A stretch of 37,770 bases of DNA from Macrostomum lignano (taxonomy: Eukaryota). The position numbers were made by a program, and so were the translations under genes. The number at the start of each line of letters is the position of its first letter. Position 1 is the first letter of the stretch. The DNA is taken from positions 1 through 37,770 of the forward strand of contig NIVC01003867.1 in assembly GCA_002269645.1 (NCBI GenBank). Reading direction: 5' to 3'. Below are positions 20,629-33,205 of this stretch, piece by piece. The notes under the pieces are model-generated. The model searched no databases and was not told the DNA's origin. It was given only the letters and a program-made list of their open reading frames with translations.

Positions 20629-23600
20629 AGCTAGAGCAAATGTTACCTCTGCTAATGCAATAATTGCTTTCTTAGGTTGTGCAACAATCCATGTCTCAGT
20701 AAGCGCAATAATCTCTTTTTAGACAGCGCAATAATCAGCTTCTCAGCTAGTGCAATAATCCTTTACTCATCAAGTCCAAAAATCAATGTCTGGGCTAGTG
20801 CAATAGCCCTTTCTAATCTAGTGATGCTATTAAACCTTGAATGGTACTTATGGTTGTAACAACAGGATTTTTGACATATAGAAACTAAAAGGTAAAAGTC
20901 TTATAACATTTTTCATTTTTTTGCAATAATTTTTTTTAAATTTGACTAAGAACATTTTTAGAAGTCATACTCTTTTATTAGAATATATAAACTCAAAAAG
21001 GCAACAAAGATACAAAAGAAAAGGCAGCCTTATGGTCATAACATTATGGTTATAACATATTTTTTTTCTGTCAATTCAGTAACTTTGAGGTACTAATATA
21101 TTAAAAATATAATAGATTATATGGTTGCTAAGTTTTTATCTGATGATGCAAGTACTCTAATTTGTTTGTTTGTTAATAGTTATTAAACTATTGTTTATAG
21201 TTTGTTTTAACCTTCTAAAGCTTTTTATTTGTTTTTAAAAGGTATATAAACTTAATGATGTCTTTTGCTTAGAAAATGTCCAATTTTTTACTAAAATAAC
21301 TTTTTGCCAATTGATAACATATATGCGCAACAGTCAGCTGATCTGGCCTACTGATTTGGCAGCCAACCAAGGAAGTCGCAAAAATGCCCACCCAAAAAAT
21401 ACCAAAGTAGTAGTACTAAGTAGCTGACGAGGCATGTTTGCCTGATAAGACAGTCATAGTTACTCCTGCCGTTTACCCAAAGTTGCATTAGTTTTGCTTC
21501 AGGGTTTTTTTACATGTAAGTTGCATTTTTGGCAAAAAACTACATCGCATTTTTGTTAAAACTAAGTTGCACGGCCGACTGAATTTTGGACATTGTGCAT
21601 GTATGATTGATAACATACTAATCTAACATTTTATCATTTATTTATTCTTAGATTGTATACATTACATACAAAAAAGATTTGGTAAAAAAAATTGGCTGAT
21701 AAGGCAATGACAAGCAAAAATATTGACTTTTTTCTATTTTCCAAATATGTCCATTTTATATAGAATGGCCAATATAGTAAGCCTAGTCTAGAATAGGTCT
21801 ATACATTTATACAATTTTTTTATATTTCTAGCTTTGTTTTATTGCACTATGACGTGAATTTAAGCTAAGGCATTGAGTTGCAATAGTTTATAAGTCTATC
21901 TAGAAATTTGTTAGGCCTATCTTTAAATAGTGTTAGATAACTATTGAAAGTTACTTTTTTGAAATAACTTCTGGTTAAGTAACTTCCTATTCCAAGGAAA
22001 ATAACTTGTTCTAGTACTAGTACTTTTTATAAATAGTATGTTCTGGTACTTCTATCATTGGTTCTTTCTAATTTTAAAGAACTGCCAATTAAAAAGTGCC
22101 TAGATATAGGCCTATCTTTAAGAAAAAAACAGAAAAGTATGTATTTTTCTAAAAGTTAAACATGCTATTATTCCTCAAATAAAGATACTACATAAAATTT
22201 ATTATTATTAAGCCCCTTATTGCATCTAAAATTTGAGTGAATAGACCTAAACACTATAGACCTTTAAAAACAAGAATTAGTAGTATCTGAATCTGATATA
22301 TCAAGACAATACACTTGCAATTCATAGAAAAAAATTGAAAGCCAAATTTCAAATGTTGATTCGAATTCTGACTTTTTTATGCTATACTATTTACTTGGTA
22401 AGACTACAAAGTAAGTATCATCACAAAGAATAGTACCATGAGCAAAATTGCCATGGCCAACTTTAGTGGTGCAAGCAACAAGCCACAGGCAACCAGCCCC
22501 AGCCAACTGGTAGTGCAGATCTGCTAGGTGGCACAAGGGACTATGAGGTTCAAAATCACTAGACCCTAGCTGAACCAAAATGTACACAGCAATATCTCTT
22601 ACACTATTATGTGCAAATCTGCACTTGTGTATGCATTTTGATTGTAACCTAACTTAATTGGCTTGCCTAGGGTGGCTATTGTTATAGTTTATTATTGTTG
22701 TTATTGTGCCATAATTTTATAGCAGCTATACTTTTATAGTAATGTAAGTATAATTAATAGGGGCTTAATTAGGCCTATGTACTGCGGACTCATTTAGAAT
22801 CAATGATAATCCTCTGGCAGCCTTGGAAATACCAGTTAACAATAAAAGATGTTAAAGCCTAACACTAAAGGATGTTTGTTTTAAAAGTTGCAGTTGTTGC
22901 CTTGAAATAACTTGGCCTATGGCTATATACTGTGAATCGAAAAAAATGTTTAAAATAGTCATCCAATATAATTATAAACTAATCATTTATCCTAAAAATG
23001 AGTTGCTTGTAGCTATGCATCTATATTACTCACATTGGTCTCAGAAAGATTGTAGATTTTAGTTAATAATATAGGCCCTAGGGCCTAGGCCTGATGAAGT
23101 AAAACGAAACTTTAAAAAGTTAGGCCTAGGCCCTATTTTTTATTTAAAAAATCAATATTTAATTCACTCTCAATAAAAAAGTATATGTAGATTAGGCCTA
23201 CAGGTCTTTTATTTCATGTTAGATATTTGCTAAAAAGGCATGATTATTGATTGTCATCGTCACAGTCAGTCAGTGTCAGTCGAATTAGATTAGCTAGGCG
23301 GCTAGGCCCTAAAAATAATTATAGCTGTCAGTTAGGAACTGTATAATTAGATAGGCCTAGGCCGATAAAACTGTCTGGTACTTTACTTTATATAAATTAA
23401 TATGAATACTGGGGCGGGGGGGGGTTATACAGCTTCACTGATCGTCGGTCAACGCCTTTTTCGGTCAACGCCTGACAGTCTGACACTGGCTGGATCACTC
23501 GGTGGGTCGCTCAAAGCTAGGTCACAACTTTTTGTTATTGCAAAAAAGTTGTACATCGACCAATAATCGTACAAAAAGTTTCTTTCGACAATTTCTGTAA

Positions 23601-25853
23601 GAAGCTGCTACTTAAACCACAAGAAAACTTTAAATTGAGAAGAAATCAAGGCTATTTGTTATTCTTTGTTGCGGAAAATAAACGACAAAAATATTTAGGA
23701 GAAAATAAAATTTGCTTCTATTTTCATTTTAAATATGCAGTTCATTTTTTTGCAAAAATAAAAAAACAAGAAATTGACAAAGGAAATGTTTTTGAGCACA
23801 GCATTTTGTTACTCTGCTCTAAATCCCAGACATTTAAAATTATCGTGTGCAAAAAAGTGCGAAATTATCTAGCATGCACTCGAAAGGACTTCGATCAGTT
23901 TAACTAATAACTGAATTAAGAAGTCTAAATAAGTCTTGAAAGGTTGAATTAAAAATCAAGTTTTCACTATGTATCTTTTCAAAGTCAAGATGATTCGACA
24001 AATAAAGGATGTTCATTTTACACTAAATAGAATAAATTTAACTAATAATAGAAAAAATCAGGGAACTATCCTTAAACACTAAAAAAGCACATTGTGGATT
24101 TAATATCGACTGCATGTTCCTTAATAAAGGAATTCGGATACTAGTATATATTAGATTTGTAGCATAATTTCTGAAAACTATATAACTTGCTTGATTTTAC
24201 TTTACTTTTTACTTTACATTAATACTTATACCAAAGCTACATGTACTTAAAATAAAAAATTATAGTTACTTATTAGACATTTTACTCCAATTAACTTAAA
24301 ATAGTTCAAAATTATTTTAATTAATTCATTTTTTGAAACTTTTTGAAAAATAGACAAAGTTGAATTATTTAATTACCAAAAATCTACTAGCTTAACTAAA
24401 ATAGCAATTAGTCTTTAAGAAAAGATTTCACTTGTTAATTGAGAAAAATGAGGATGTGCGAAGTGTAAAAATGCTAAAGAGCATGCAGGAAACAGAGACA
24501 AACAAAACTGTAGGTAAAAGACACTGCACATGCACATAATATGATAACCAGACATAATGCGCACACTGAAACACCAGTAGCAATGACGCCCAAGCCTTTG
24601 ATGATCACAAGCGAAAAGGCAAAACCCAGCCATCAATCAAAGAAGTAGACTATAGCATGCATCTTGAGTGCATCACGCATTTTTTGCAGAGAAGCTCGAA
24701 AATTAACATTGTATTCTGTGCACAACCAACAAATGCGACAGGGTCTGCCGGGGGATTTGTGGGCACGCGGTCGCGGATACAGATCGGAGGAGTCGCTGAC
24801 CATTCTGAAATTACTAGCTAGTACATGCAATTTGGTGTATCAATATATTTAGCCCGCTTTATTTCTATGCTCTCGTACGCCTCTCGTTAATGCATCCCCA
24901 GACTCATGCAATAATCAAACTTATGATCGAACTATGCATGGCTTCCGTCCCTCGCTTTGAATCTCTCACCTCCCCATAGTTCCATCAACCTTACCTTAGT
25001 GGCTTCCTATGCAAAAATCATCCCTCCGCATCTTACACAGGCTACTTGAGGCTATAGACTGTACTACACTTTTAATTAGTTGCGCTAAGGAATCATTACA
25101 TGTATTTTGCTGGCAGCGCAGCGCGCTGCTCAAAGAAGGTTAGATCTATCTAGATATTCTAGTAATTTCAGGTTTGTCCATAGACCAAAGCTCATGTGAT
25201 GAGAATTCTATCAACTAGTACATTTAGTATGAATGAACTGCGTGTGCGTGTGCTGTGCATACATATGTATAATATACAAGTAGTTTATGGGCCAGATACA
25301 TTTATTGTGTGGCACAATTCTTGGCATCACTCAGCAGGCATCACTCAGCAGTTTCCGTGGCAGAAGGTGTTGGAGCAAATTAATCAACACTTACTATCTA
25401 GCTCGTATTAAGACTAAAAAACTGAGGCAAGCTGGGATTAAACCAAAGAAAATTTTTTACAATACTTCTATAGTTATAGTAGAGAGGTACTCTATTTAAA
25501 TGCAGTAAGAAGTGAAACAAATTTATATATTTAATTATTAAATTAAATTAATTCAAGGTAAATAACTAATTTAACCAATTTATTAGGAGTATTTATTATC
25601 ATAATAAAATGATTTTTTATACATTACACGAAATAAGCTCTACATTCATTTCTTAGCTTGGGGCCCATCTATATAAGGTCAGTTTCTTCAAAATGCTGAC
25701 TGAAAACAAAAAAATCATTTCGAGATACACATTTGCTGATTATTCAGGTCAAATGTCAAGGTCCAGTTTTGCACATGTTTCTCTGTAGCTTGGTTACAAG
25801 GATTTTAATAAAAATATAATAAATATGTCTAATGAACTAACTGATACAAAGCC

Positions 25854-26049
25854 TGTAGCGGGTGCTACAACTAAGAACAAAAGGCAGATAATTGCAGTGG
25901 AACGATGGGGAATGCCGCTCTGGCTTCTTAGCTTTGCGCTGTGGAATTGTATTTTACCGTTAACATCTGCCATAGATAATAGAATCGTACTTGTATGATC
26001 AACGGCTGTGTAGTGTTGTAGTGTTATATCTACAACACATAGTGCTATA
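25854..26049 (-). mobile_element. Complete 196-bp 3' LTR (TATAGC...GCTACA) of a CsRn1-like gypsy element
   Basis: Follows the PPT GGGAGGGGGGTAGT (26063-26050 on minus), ends in GCTACA, and is flanked by AGCC at 25850-25853. Confidence 0.85.
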
Positions 26050-26680
26050 ACTACCCCCCTCCCAAAAGGAAGATAACTAGATATGCATCGGTTCGGTACA
26101 GTAATATCATGAAAACGGCCTCATGTGCAAACAAGAACATGTTCGTAGTGTCCGTAGGGGCACAAACCACACAAAGTTTAAGCAAAGGTGACACGGCGGG
26201 GTCTCAACCTTGCTCGGATGGGCTCATCCATCCCGGTGGCCTTGGTGGGCTCATCGCGCTGGAGACTGGGCAATCGTGCTGGCTTAACGCGGTCGATTGC
26301 AACGCTTGTGGGTGTCCCGCTGATGTCGAGTGTAAAGGTGAGCGGTGAACGGTGCAGAACACGAAATGGACCTTGGTAAGGTGCCTCCAACGGCTTACGG
26401 ACCCGGTCGAGCCGGAGCCAGACGTGGCTGCAGCCCTGTAGGTTGTCCGGAAGGTGCACCGGTGTTGCGCGCGTGCGTGGCAGACGGTACGGGTAGAACA
26501 GATTGTGAAGACGATGGGATAGTTGGCTCAGGCTGGCATCCTCTGTGACTACCGGTGGTACGATCGGTTGCTCTCCCGTTACACCGGAGAATGGACAGTG
26601 GCCAGCATCGTCAGGCTGAATTCGTAGTCCGAGTAGGACAATCGGTAGCTGCTGTACCAACAGCGACCTCGCGCCCGAAG
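26050..26680 (-). mobile_element. Gypsy integrase C-terminal part, 3' UTR and PPT (5'-truncated)
   Basis: QQLPIVLLGLR...HVWLRLDRVRKPLEAPYQGPFRVL...VAIDRVKPA is a typical gypsy integrase tail. It is the near-identical reverse complement of 33932-34563. Confidence 0.92.
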
Positions 26681-27681
26681 CATTTAACGCAATGATTTGT
26701 CAGTTCAGTAGGACTTTGACTAGAAAAATGTGCCACATAGAGGTTAGATGAAGTGACAAAGACAGCAACAACAGAACGGGAAGGACAGCGACTACAAAGG
26801 AACCAGCCACCTGGAACGACAAATAATATACTTTGCATCAGGTGTTAAAAAGTTTTGAGAAATACAAGAAAAACGAAAATACAATTCGAACAGGTAAGCG
26901 ATACCGCTGACAGAGCACAAGCAGGGGGTTAGAAGCTACGAGTAACCGCCGTGCAACAACCCAACGCCAACGTTTAAACAGGTGCGCTTGTCTCGTAGGA
27001 GAGTTCAAGACGGCATCCCAACAACAGCTTTAATTTGATTACTTCATTGGCGTCAAATCAATAATCATGGAACATAAACAGAGTCATGATGTCATCGATA
27101 CATACTAGATTAACTATGAAACAATAGGTTACGGTAATATCTACATGCATGTATTATTCTTCTACTAATTATGGTCACATGCAAGGACTACTAAATTATC
27201 TATAACAAAGTGTTCCTATAGTGGTCCTCTTATACATGCAGGGTAGCGATTCAAATACGCTCGTAAATTGAATATATCGCAGGAAATTTAATGTATTATG
27301 GTAAATTTTTCAATAGAATTGAAACCTTTTTCAATAATTGGAATGAAAAATGAGTCAATTATTTGCACAAAGTGCAATGTGCAGCTTTTTTCAACTATAT
27401 CGTTTGATCAAAACGAAAACCTTAACAAAATACGAGTACAGTACAAGATCACAATACGTCAATACACTCGTACTATATATCCTCTGTCTTAATTTTACTA
27501 AATTGTTACTTCAGGTCAGGAGATAAGAATTAAGTGTACCGTTTAAAGAATGAATAACAACATGCACAAGATTTAATTCATAGGACAATATGTATGTAGT
27601 TCAATAAGTTTAGAAGTTATAGGGTATTTTCGCTATCTTCTGGACCACTGCGTAGACAACTTCCGCATCTGGCGAATTGTT

Positions 27682-29374
27682 TTATTCGGATACAGGAATT
27701 CTGCCACCTGGGCTGCCATCAGCTTCCGTGTCGCCGACAGAAGTGTCATTGGTTGCTTGGCTGTTAAGTTCGACAGCTTTTGAGTTGTCATTCGGCTGAT
27801 GTTTGTTTTCAGTTTCATCTACAATTTCGGCTCCTGTATTCGGACAGTGATATTTTGCAGTTGAATCGGCAGCTTCGTCCGTACTTGGAGCTTCCGACTG
27901 CTTCTTGAAAATCTTTTTGCGTTTGTAAACTGCTACAATGATTACTATTATACATACGCCTCCGATCGTGCCGCCAGCAGCTGCGACGACTACAGTGACG
28001 AAAGCCTCGGAAAATCCAAGTGCTGAAATGACAATAAAACGGTAGCTATTATTTTTGCCACAATAGAAGATTTTTTTAATTTGAGTTTCATCAGGACACT
28101 TACTGCCGTCTTCTTTGTGTGTCTCGTTGCATCGAAAACCTAGAATATTAGTGAATACGGCTTGTAAAACTGATTGTGAATTTTGAGAGTCTAAACACAT
28201 TAAACCGCAATGCGTGTTATACTCGTACCTTAGTAATAATAATAATAATACTAATAATTGATTGAGCCTGCATTGATGGGCAGATGTGCAACCGAAAGCT
28301 CAGCCGCAGCTATTGCGCGGCGCATCTGAAGGCTGCGTACGGCTGTTCAGTCCAAGGACTGGGGGGTCGGCAAACAAACCCTCAATTACCCCAGCTAATA
28401 ATGCTGGTACCCATCTTGCAGCCGGGTGAACTGAAGCAATGCAGAGTTAAGTGTTTTACTCAATGACACAAATTGTTCCAGTGGGATTGGGAATCGAACC
28501 CCCACCTTCAAGTTGAGTCCGACGCTCTAACCACTAGGCTACAACCCCTAGGTATACCCTAGTGTATACCAACTTGTCTGATAAGATACACTAGCAGAAT
28601 AGAATTTGTGATCCAGCGCAGTGCTTTTTATGTGCCAGTGACCCGGCTCGACTCAAAATGCAGTCAGACTGATTTGGGACTAAATTGGAATCTCGGCTTG
28701 GCTCTGCTCGAGGAATTAGCGCTCTTGAGGGCCAACACCCAAAGCACAGTGAAGTGTACATGCCTAACGATAAATAAAGTTAGAGCCACTGAACACTTTC
28801 GTGTGAGTGTTGTCTGTGCGTATGACTGCGTACGTATCCACGCGCTTGTGTGCCTGCTCAGGGGAATCGGTGGAATGGGAAGCAATGCCTCTGGCCGGTT
28901 GTGTGACAATGTCGCTTAAAGTGCGCCAGGGGGCACACTCCGCTCTGCCTCTTAACTTATGACAAAACTGTGCAAACATTTTGTCATGTACTGTTAAGGT
29001 ACAGATCTGTTAGCTTAATTCACTCAGCCCACTATGCTAACTATCCATATATTCTAGTAAACGTACAAGAAGCAAATAGAAGCCTAACTTTTTTATCAAA
29101 GAGATTGGCTTGATAATACCTGCGCTGCCAACATGACAGCTGCAGTTATAGAACGGATCGGTGTAAGTCCGAGTGCAGGTGCCGTTATTCAGGCACACAG
29201 GCAGTGCGTTGATGCCCTTGTCAGGCTGCAGGGTGGAGCAGTAGTCTTGAGCTGATTCGCAGTACGGTGCGATGTAGGGCAGCACGCAGAGGCAGGGCGG
29301 GCTGGCTGTGTAATTGTTGCAGGTGCCACCGTTGTAGCAGGTGACTGCTGAGCAGTTGGCAGCTTCGACATAGT
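27682..29374 (-). CDS. 3' part of an EGF-like-domain type I membrane protein; join(29374..29120, 28139..28104, 28022..27682); 5' exons not found in the window
   Basis: Two six-Cys EGF modules (CSAVTCYNGGTC...CLC...PYC; C...VCLNNGTC...CSCHVGSA|GFRC), then a hydrophobic segment FVTVVVAAAGGTIGGVCIIVIIVAVY, a KRKK stop-transfer and an acidic tail. All junctions are GT-AG and phase 1. Confidence 0.8.
28262..28547 (-). mobile_element. CORE-like tRNA SINE, copy 3 (most complete; (TTA)n-type tail at about 28234-28258)
   Basis: Consensus A box TAGCCTAGTGG, B box GGTTCGATTCC, CORE-like body and simple-repeat tail. Confidence 0.88.
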
Positions 29375-29959
29375 CTAGGATGCGTTAATTATGATTATAT
29401 GTGCCTTTTCAACATGATTAGTCAGAATATCACAAATAATCATTCTTTTCTGATGTACAAAAAATTAAAAATGCATTGAAAATTTGACTTTCTTCGTGAT
29501 TCTTACCGAATGCAGTTAGGAGAGTGAAGAAAATGAATATCAACATATCCTGAGACAGTTTGCAGCGTGAAGCATGGAATTTGGCCGCAGATGTTTTTCT
29601 CTGTACGAACTTCTCTTTTTCTACTGGCTTCTTTTTAACCGTGACTCATGTGACACAATGTGCATCTGTCTGCTTTTTAATACGTTTTGTGTGTTGTTAT
29701 TGCCGCCAGGTACGAGTTTACCCGTATGTACATTACTTGGAATAAATGCAACAAACTTTTATACTCTCTAACAAAACAACTTGAATTGTACAGGTTTGAA
29801 TTTTTCTAACTTACGCAGGCAAACTGTTTTTGAAATTTAAGAAGTACTCTTGAATTTCTAGGCTACATCCCTGTTTCTATAGAAGATCGTAAATGATGCA
29901 GTGTAGCTCGTATGTTGTATCTTCGAGTAAATGAAAAGGGAGTAAAGTATTGGTATAAC

Positions 29960-29993
29960 CAGGGACTACTCAAACATGTTTGAGTAGTCCCTG
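29960..29993. mobile_element. 34-bp hAT-like element consisting only of two 17-bp TIRs, with 8-bp TSD GGTATAAC
   Basis: GGTATAAC|CAGGGACTACTCAAACA TGTTTGAGTAGTCCCTG|GGTATAAC: a perfect palindrome with CAGGG termini and an exact 8-bp direct repeat. Confidence 0.8.
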
Positions 29994-30061
29994 GGTATAA
30001 CCAATCTGACAAAGTAACTCGGCGGCGAATGCATTTTAGAAGTGACAGAATTTATCAGCGC

Positions 30062-30850
30062 TGTAGCAGTTAGAGCGAGTGAGTCTTGTTTATATCACAG
30101 TTAGGGGTGTTATTATTGATAGACTCGTGATGCGCGAGGGAAGTTTCTAGAATGTTACTATATTTGGCATACGGGGAGAGCGTAGAAGTTTCCGGAACAA
30201 AATTAGTCTACATTAATATGGCTACTACTGTGTGTACCACGTTTTTCTGAAATCTATAACAGATTTGATGGCTTCGCCACCAAGCTGTGAGCACAGCTGA
30301 CGAAACTATGGGTCCATCCGCAAGCGAGGGAGGCTTCCTTTGCCTCTCAGGGCGTCGTGGGTTGTCTGACCCGTAGGGCGGTGGCTGTGGAACTTTCTCC
30401 CCCGTATACCGGCTTGGAGCTGCCGGCTGGGGTTTCGAGTGCACCGCAGTCGACGGCATGTCGGCTTGCTGAGTTGGCAGCGCTCCCGGTTCGCTGTCCT
30501 CCACTAATGTATGGCGTAGTTGAAGCCGGTTGTAGTGCCGCCCGCCAGGTTGGACCGCCGGGAACTACCTTCACGTTTACCATGCCGTTTTGTGACGACA
30601 GCCGGCACCCAGCGGCCTTCCCTCTCCCGGCGCTATCTATAGTAGAGGGCATAGACCTGATCTCCAACATCGTAACTCCGCTGGACGGTGGCGACCTCGT
30701 TTCGAGCCCTGGAGGCCTAAGTTTGTCTCACCTGGCCGCCTTGGGCGAGATGTGCTGGTGAAGGCAGAAGCCTGTCGATCTGCGTCCTGATCTAATGGCC
30801 GTTCAGGAGTTCACGACTCAGGAGTTCAGGAGTTCGCGGCGGCGCACCCA
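30062..30850 (-). mobile_element. Decayed Mag-clade (K02A2.6-like) gypsy 3' fragment: integrase tail plus probable LTR ending GCTACA at 30062
   Basis: Translation through stops and a frameshift gives ELLNGH*IRTQIDRLLPSPAH...YDVGDQVYALYY...RWVPAVVTK...VNVKVVPGGPTW...RRPERQRKPP. A TGTAG...CTACA segment spans 30212-30062, but no clear PPT precedes it. Confidence 0.7.
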
Positions 30851-31014
30851 ACCCCGGACAGATGCACCCTAAACACGGGGCAGCGGCAAGCACCCCGGCC
30901 CCGCTAACAGTGATCCACAGTGAGCCAATCCACACTTACACTCTGCCTGTAGTGGTGAAGCCAGGATATTCGATCAAAAACGCTTCTTAATCTGAGGAGA
31001 TGTTATTTCATATG

Positions 31015-31280
31015 AGGGGTTGCCATTTCATTTGAGGGTTGCCATTTCATATGAGGGGTTGCCATTTCATTTGAGGGTTGCCATTTCATTTGAGGGTTGC
31101 CATTTCATTTGAGGGTTGCCATTTCATTTGAGGGTTGCCATTTCATTTGAGGGTTGCCATTTCTTTTGAGGGTTGCCATTTCATTTGAGGGTTGCCATTT
31201 CATTTGAGGGTCGCCATTTCATTTGAGGGTCGCCATTTCATTTGAGGGTCGCTATTTCACTTTTGGAGTTGCCATTTACA
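31015..31280. repeat. 19-bp minisatellite (GCCATTTCATTTGAGGGTT)
   Basis: Seen directly, about 14 units. Confidence 0.95.
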
Positions 31281-31556
31281 GCGGAATTAATGGAAAGTAA
31301 AAGTTTTTAAAAGCACAACAAAGAAGATAAAAATTTCACGCAACAATTCCCTATTTTCTCTATACTAACTACTGTAGTCAGTGTTTCTCAACTTTTTAAA
31401 ATTAGTTTTAGAAAGAAGAAATTAAAGTCTCACACATTTTAAACAGTTTTATAGTAAAGCATTTGGAAAGATGTGACAAAAATAGAAATTCTGAATATTG
31501 TTTAATGAGGGGGCCGCAAATCTAAGAAGTACCAATATTTGAAGTGTAGTTGGGCC

Positions 31557-31725
31557 CTCTCTAAGTTAGGCGTCCCTGTCTCTAAGTTAGGCGTCCGTGT
31601 CTCTAAGCTAGGCGCCCCTGTCCCTAAGTTAGGCGCCCCTGTCTCTAAGTTAGGCGTCCCTGTCTCTAAGTTAGGCGCCCCTGTCTCTAAGTTAGGCGTC
31701 CCTGTCTCTAAGTTAGGTGTCCCTG
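31557..31725. repeat. 21-bp minisatellite (GTCTCTAAGTTAGGCGCCCCT)
   Basis: Seen directly, about 8 units. Confidence 0.95.
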
Positions 31726-32031
31726 TTAGGTGTGGGGGGTGGCGGTAGTTAGTTGGTTAAATTATATTAATAATAGCTAGATTGTTTGGATTTGTGCGCC
31801 TTCTATCTAATGCTGCTTAATACTGCAACTAAAAGGAGCAGTAGTAGCAACGAACGGTTGCAACCATAAACGATTGCACATTTACTTAAAAGTATATAGT
31901 CAACTTTTCATTCTAAAAATAAGATTCAGCTTATTTCGTTTGAACTAAATACGATCGTCGTGCGACTAATAGCTTTCGACCATAGACGACTGCACATTCC
32001 CTTAAAAATATATAATAGACTCTCTCGTGTC

Positions 32032-33205
32032 TCAATAAGCCAGGAACTTAGCTAGGAAGTCGGTACCCAGAATCGGCGGTGTATCGGCCACGAGGAAGTT
32101 CGTGGGCAATAGGCGGCGTAGCTGTGGGACTGCGACAGACAGTGAGCACTGACCGAGAGTGCGAAATACGCGACCATCGACGCTGCGTAGCCGGACCTGC
32201 GTGGGTGCCAGCAGGTGGCGAGGGGCGAGGTCCACAGGCAGCAGGGAGCGCTCAGCACCGGTGTCCACAACGAAATTAACTGTTTTTCCGAACAATTTAC
32301 AGGGTAGCAACAAGGAAGCGGCCTCGTTGAGGTCATGGCTCGGCCCTGACGCATGACCTACGCGTTTGTTGGACTGGCGGCGCGCGACTGGGCCGGCGTA
32401 GCCTGACGGCTATTGAGCACGCGTTGTGGCTTTGGTCCGGGCACTGGCACCATGGTCGGCAGGTGCGAGCCTCTGCGCCGTAGTAGATGTGGCCGTTGCA
32501 GGCCTTCTGCCTTGGCTGTCGGGTGCGTCGCTGGGGTCGTGCCTCACGGGCGCTGCCTGGCGAAAGGGCCGACGGTGCGGCGGTAGCTCGCGCGATTGTG
32601 TGGAATGGTGTCGTGGGACCGGCGACTGCCAACATGCTGTCAGCGATCCTTGCGAAGTTTTCGCGTGCTTCAGATTCGTGGCCGACGAGCGCTGAACGGA
32701 TGTTGCCGGGAAGGGCGGACAGCAGGCGGGACTTGACGATCGAGTCATCGACCTGCAGGCCAACTTCGGAGAAGCGCCGTCGAATGTCCGTAACCAGCTG
32801 TGTAGGACGGCGGTCACCGAGCTCGACCGCAGCGAGCGCTTCTTCGATGCGCTGGTGGCGGTTGGCCCGGAGCAGTTCCGTCACAGCTGACTTCAGTGCT
32901 TCCTAATCGTCCTCTACATCGGCAATGTCGCAGGCGACGTCTTCCAGCAGTGCGGACAGAGTGTGATGAAACTTGATCGTTGGACAGGTGATGCGGGCCA
33001 AGACAAAATGAGATTCCAGTTAGCGGAACCAGACATCGGGCGCTTTGCGGTAGAATGGTGGTGGGCGGACCGTGCCACGGTTAACCGACTTTTGGGCCGT
33101 CGAGGCTGTGTCCCTCTCTGTAGTAGACGTAGAGCCGGTGGTGTTGGCCACCGTTTGTCGCTTGCTGCATTGTTTGTCGCTTGTTTGTCCCTTGCTGCAA
33201 GACAC
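32032..33205 (-). pseudogene. CsRn1-like gypsy gag + aspartic protease, with two premature stops in gag
   Basis: gag: VRPPPFYRKAPDVWFR*LESHF...ELGDRRPTQL...CNGHIYYGAEARTCRPWC (Cys/His motif). Protease: FVVDTGAERSLLP...PILGTDFL. Confidence 0.88.

Noticed and set aside
28600-29030. Possible solo LTR in the EGF-gene intron
   Set aside because: It has an AATAAA and LTR-like composition, but I could not identify TG...CA termini with a TSD or a second copy.
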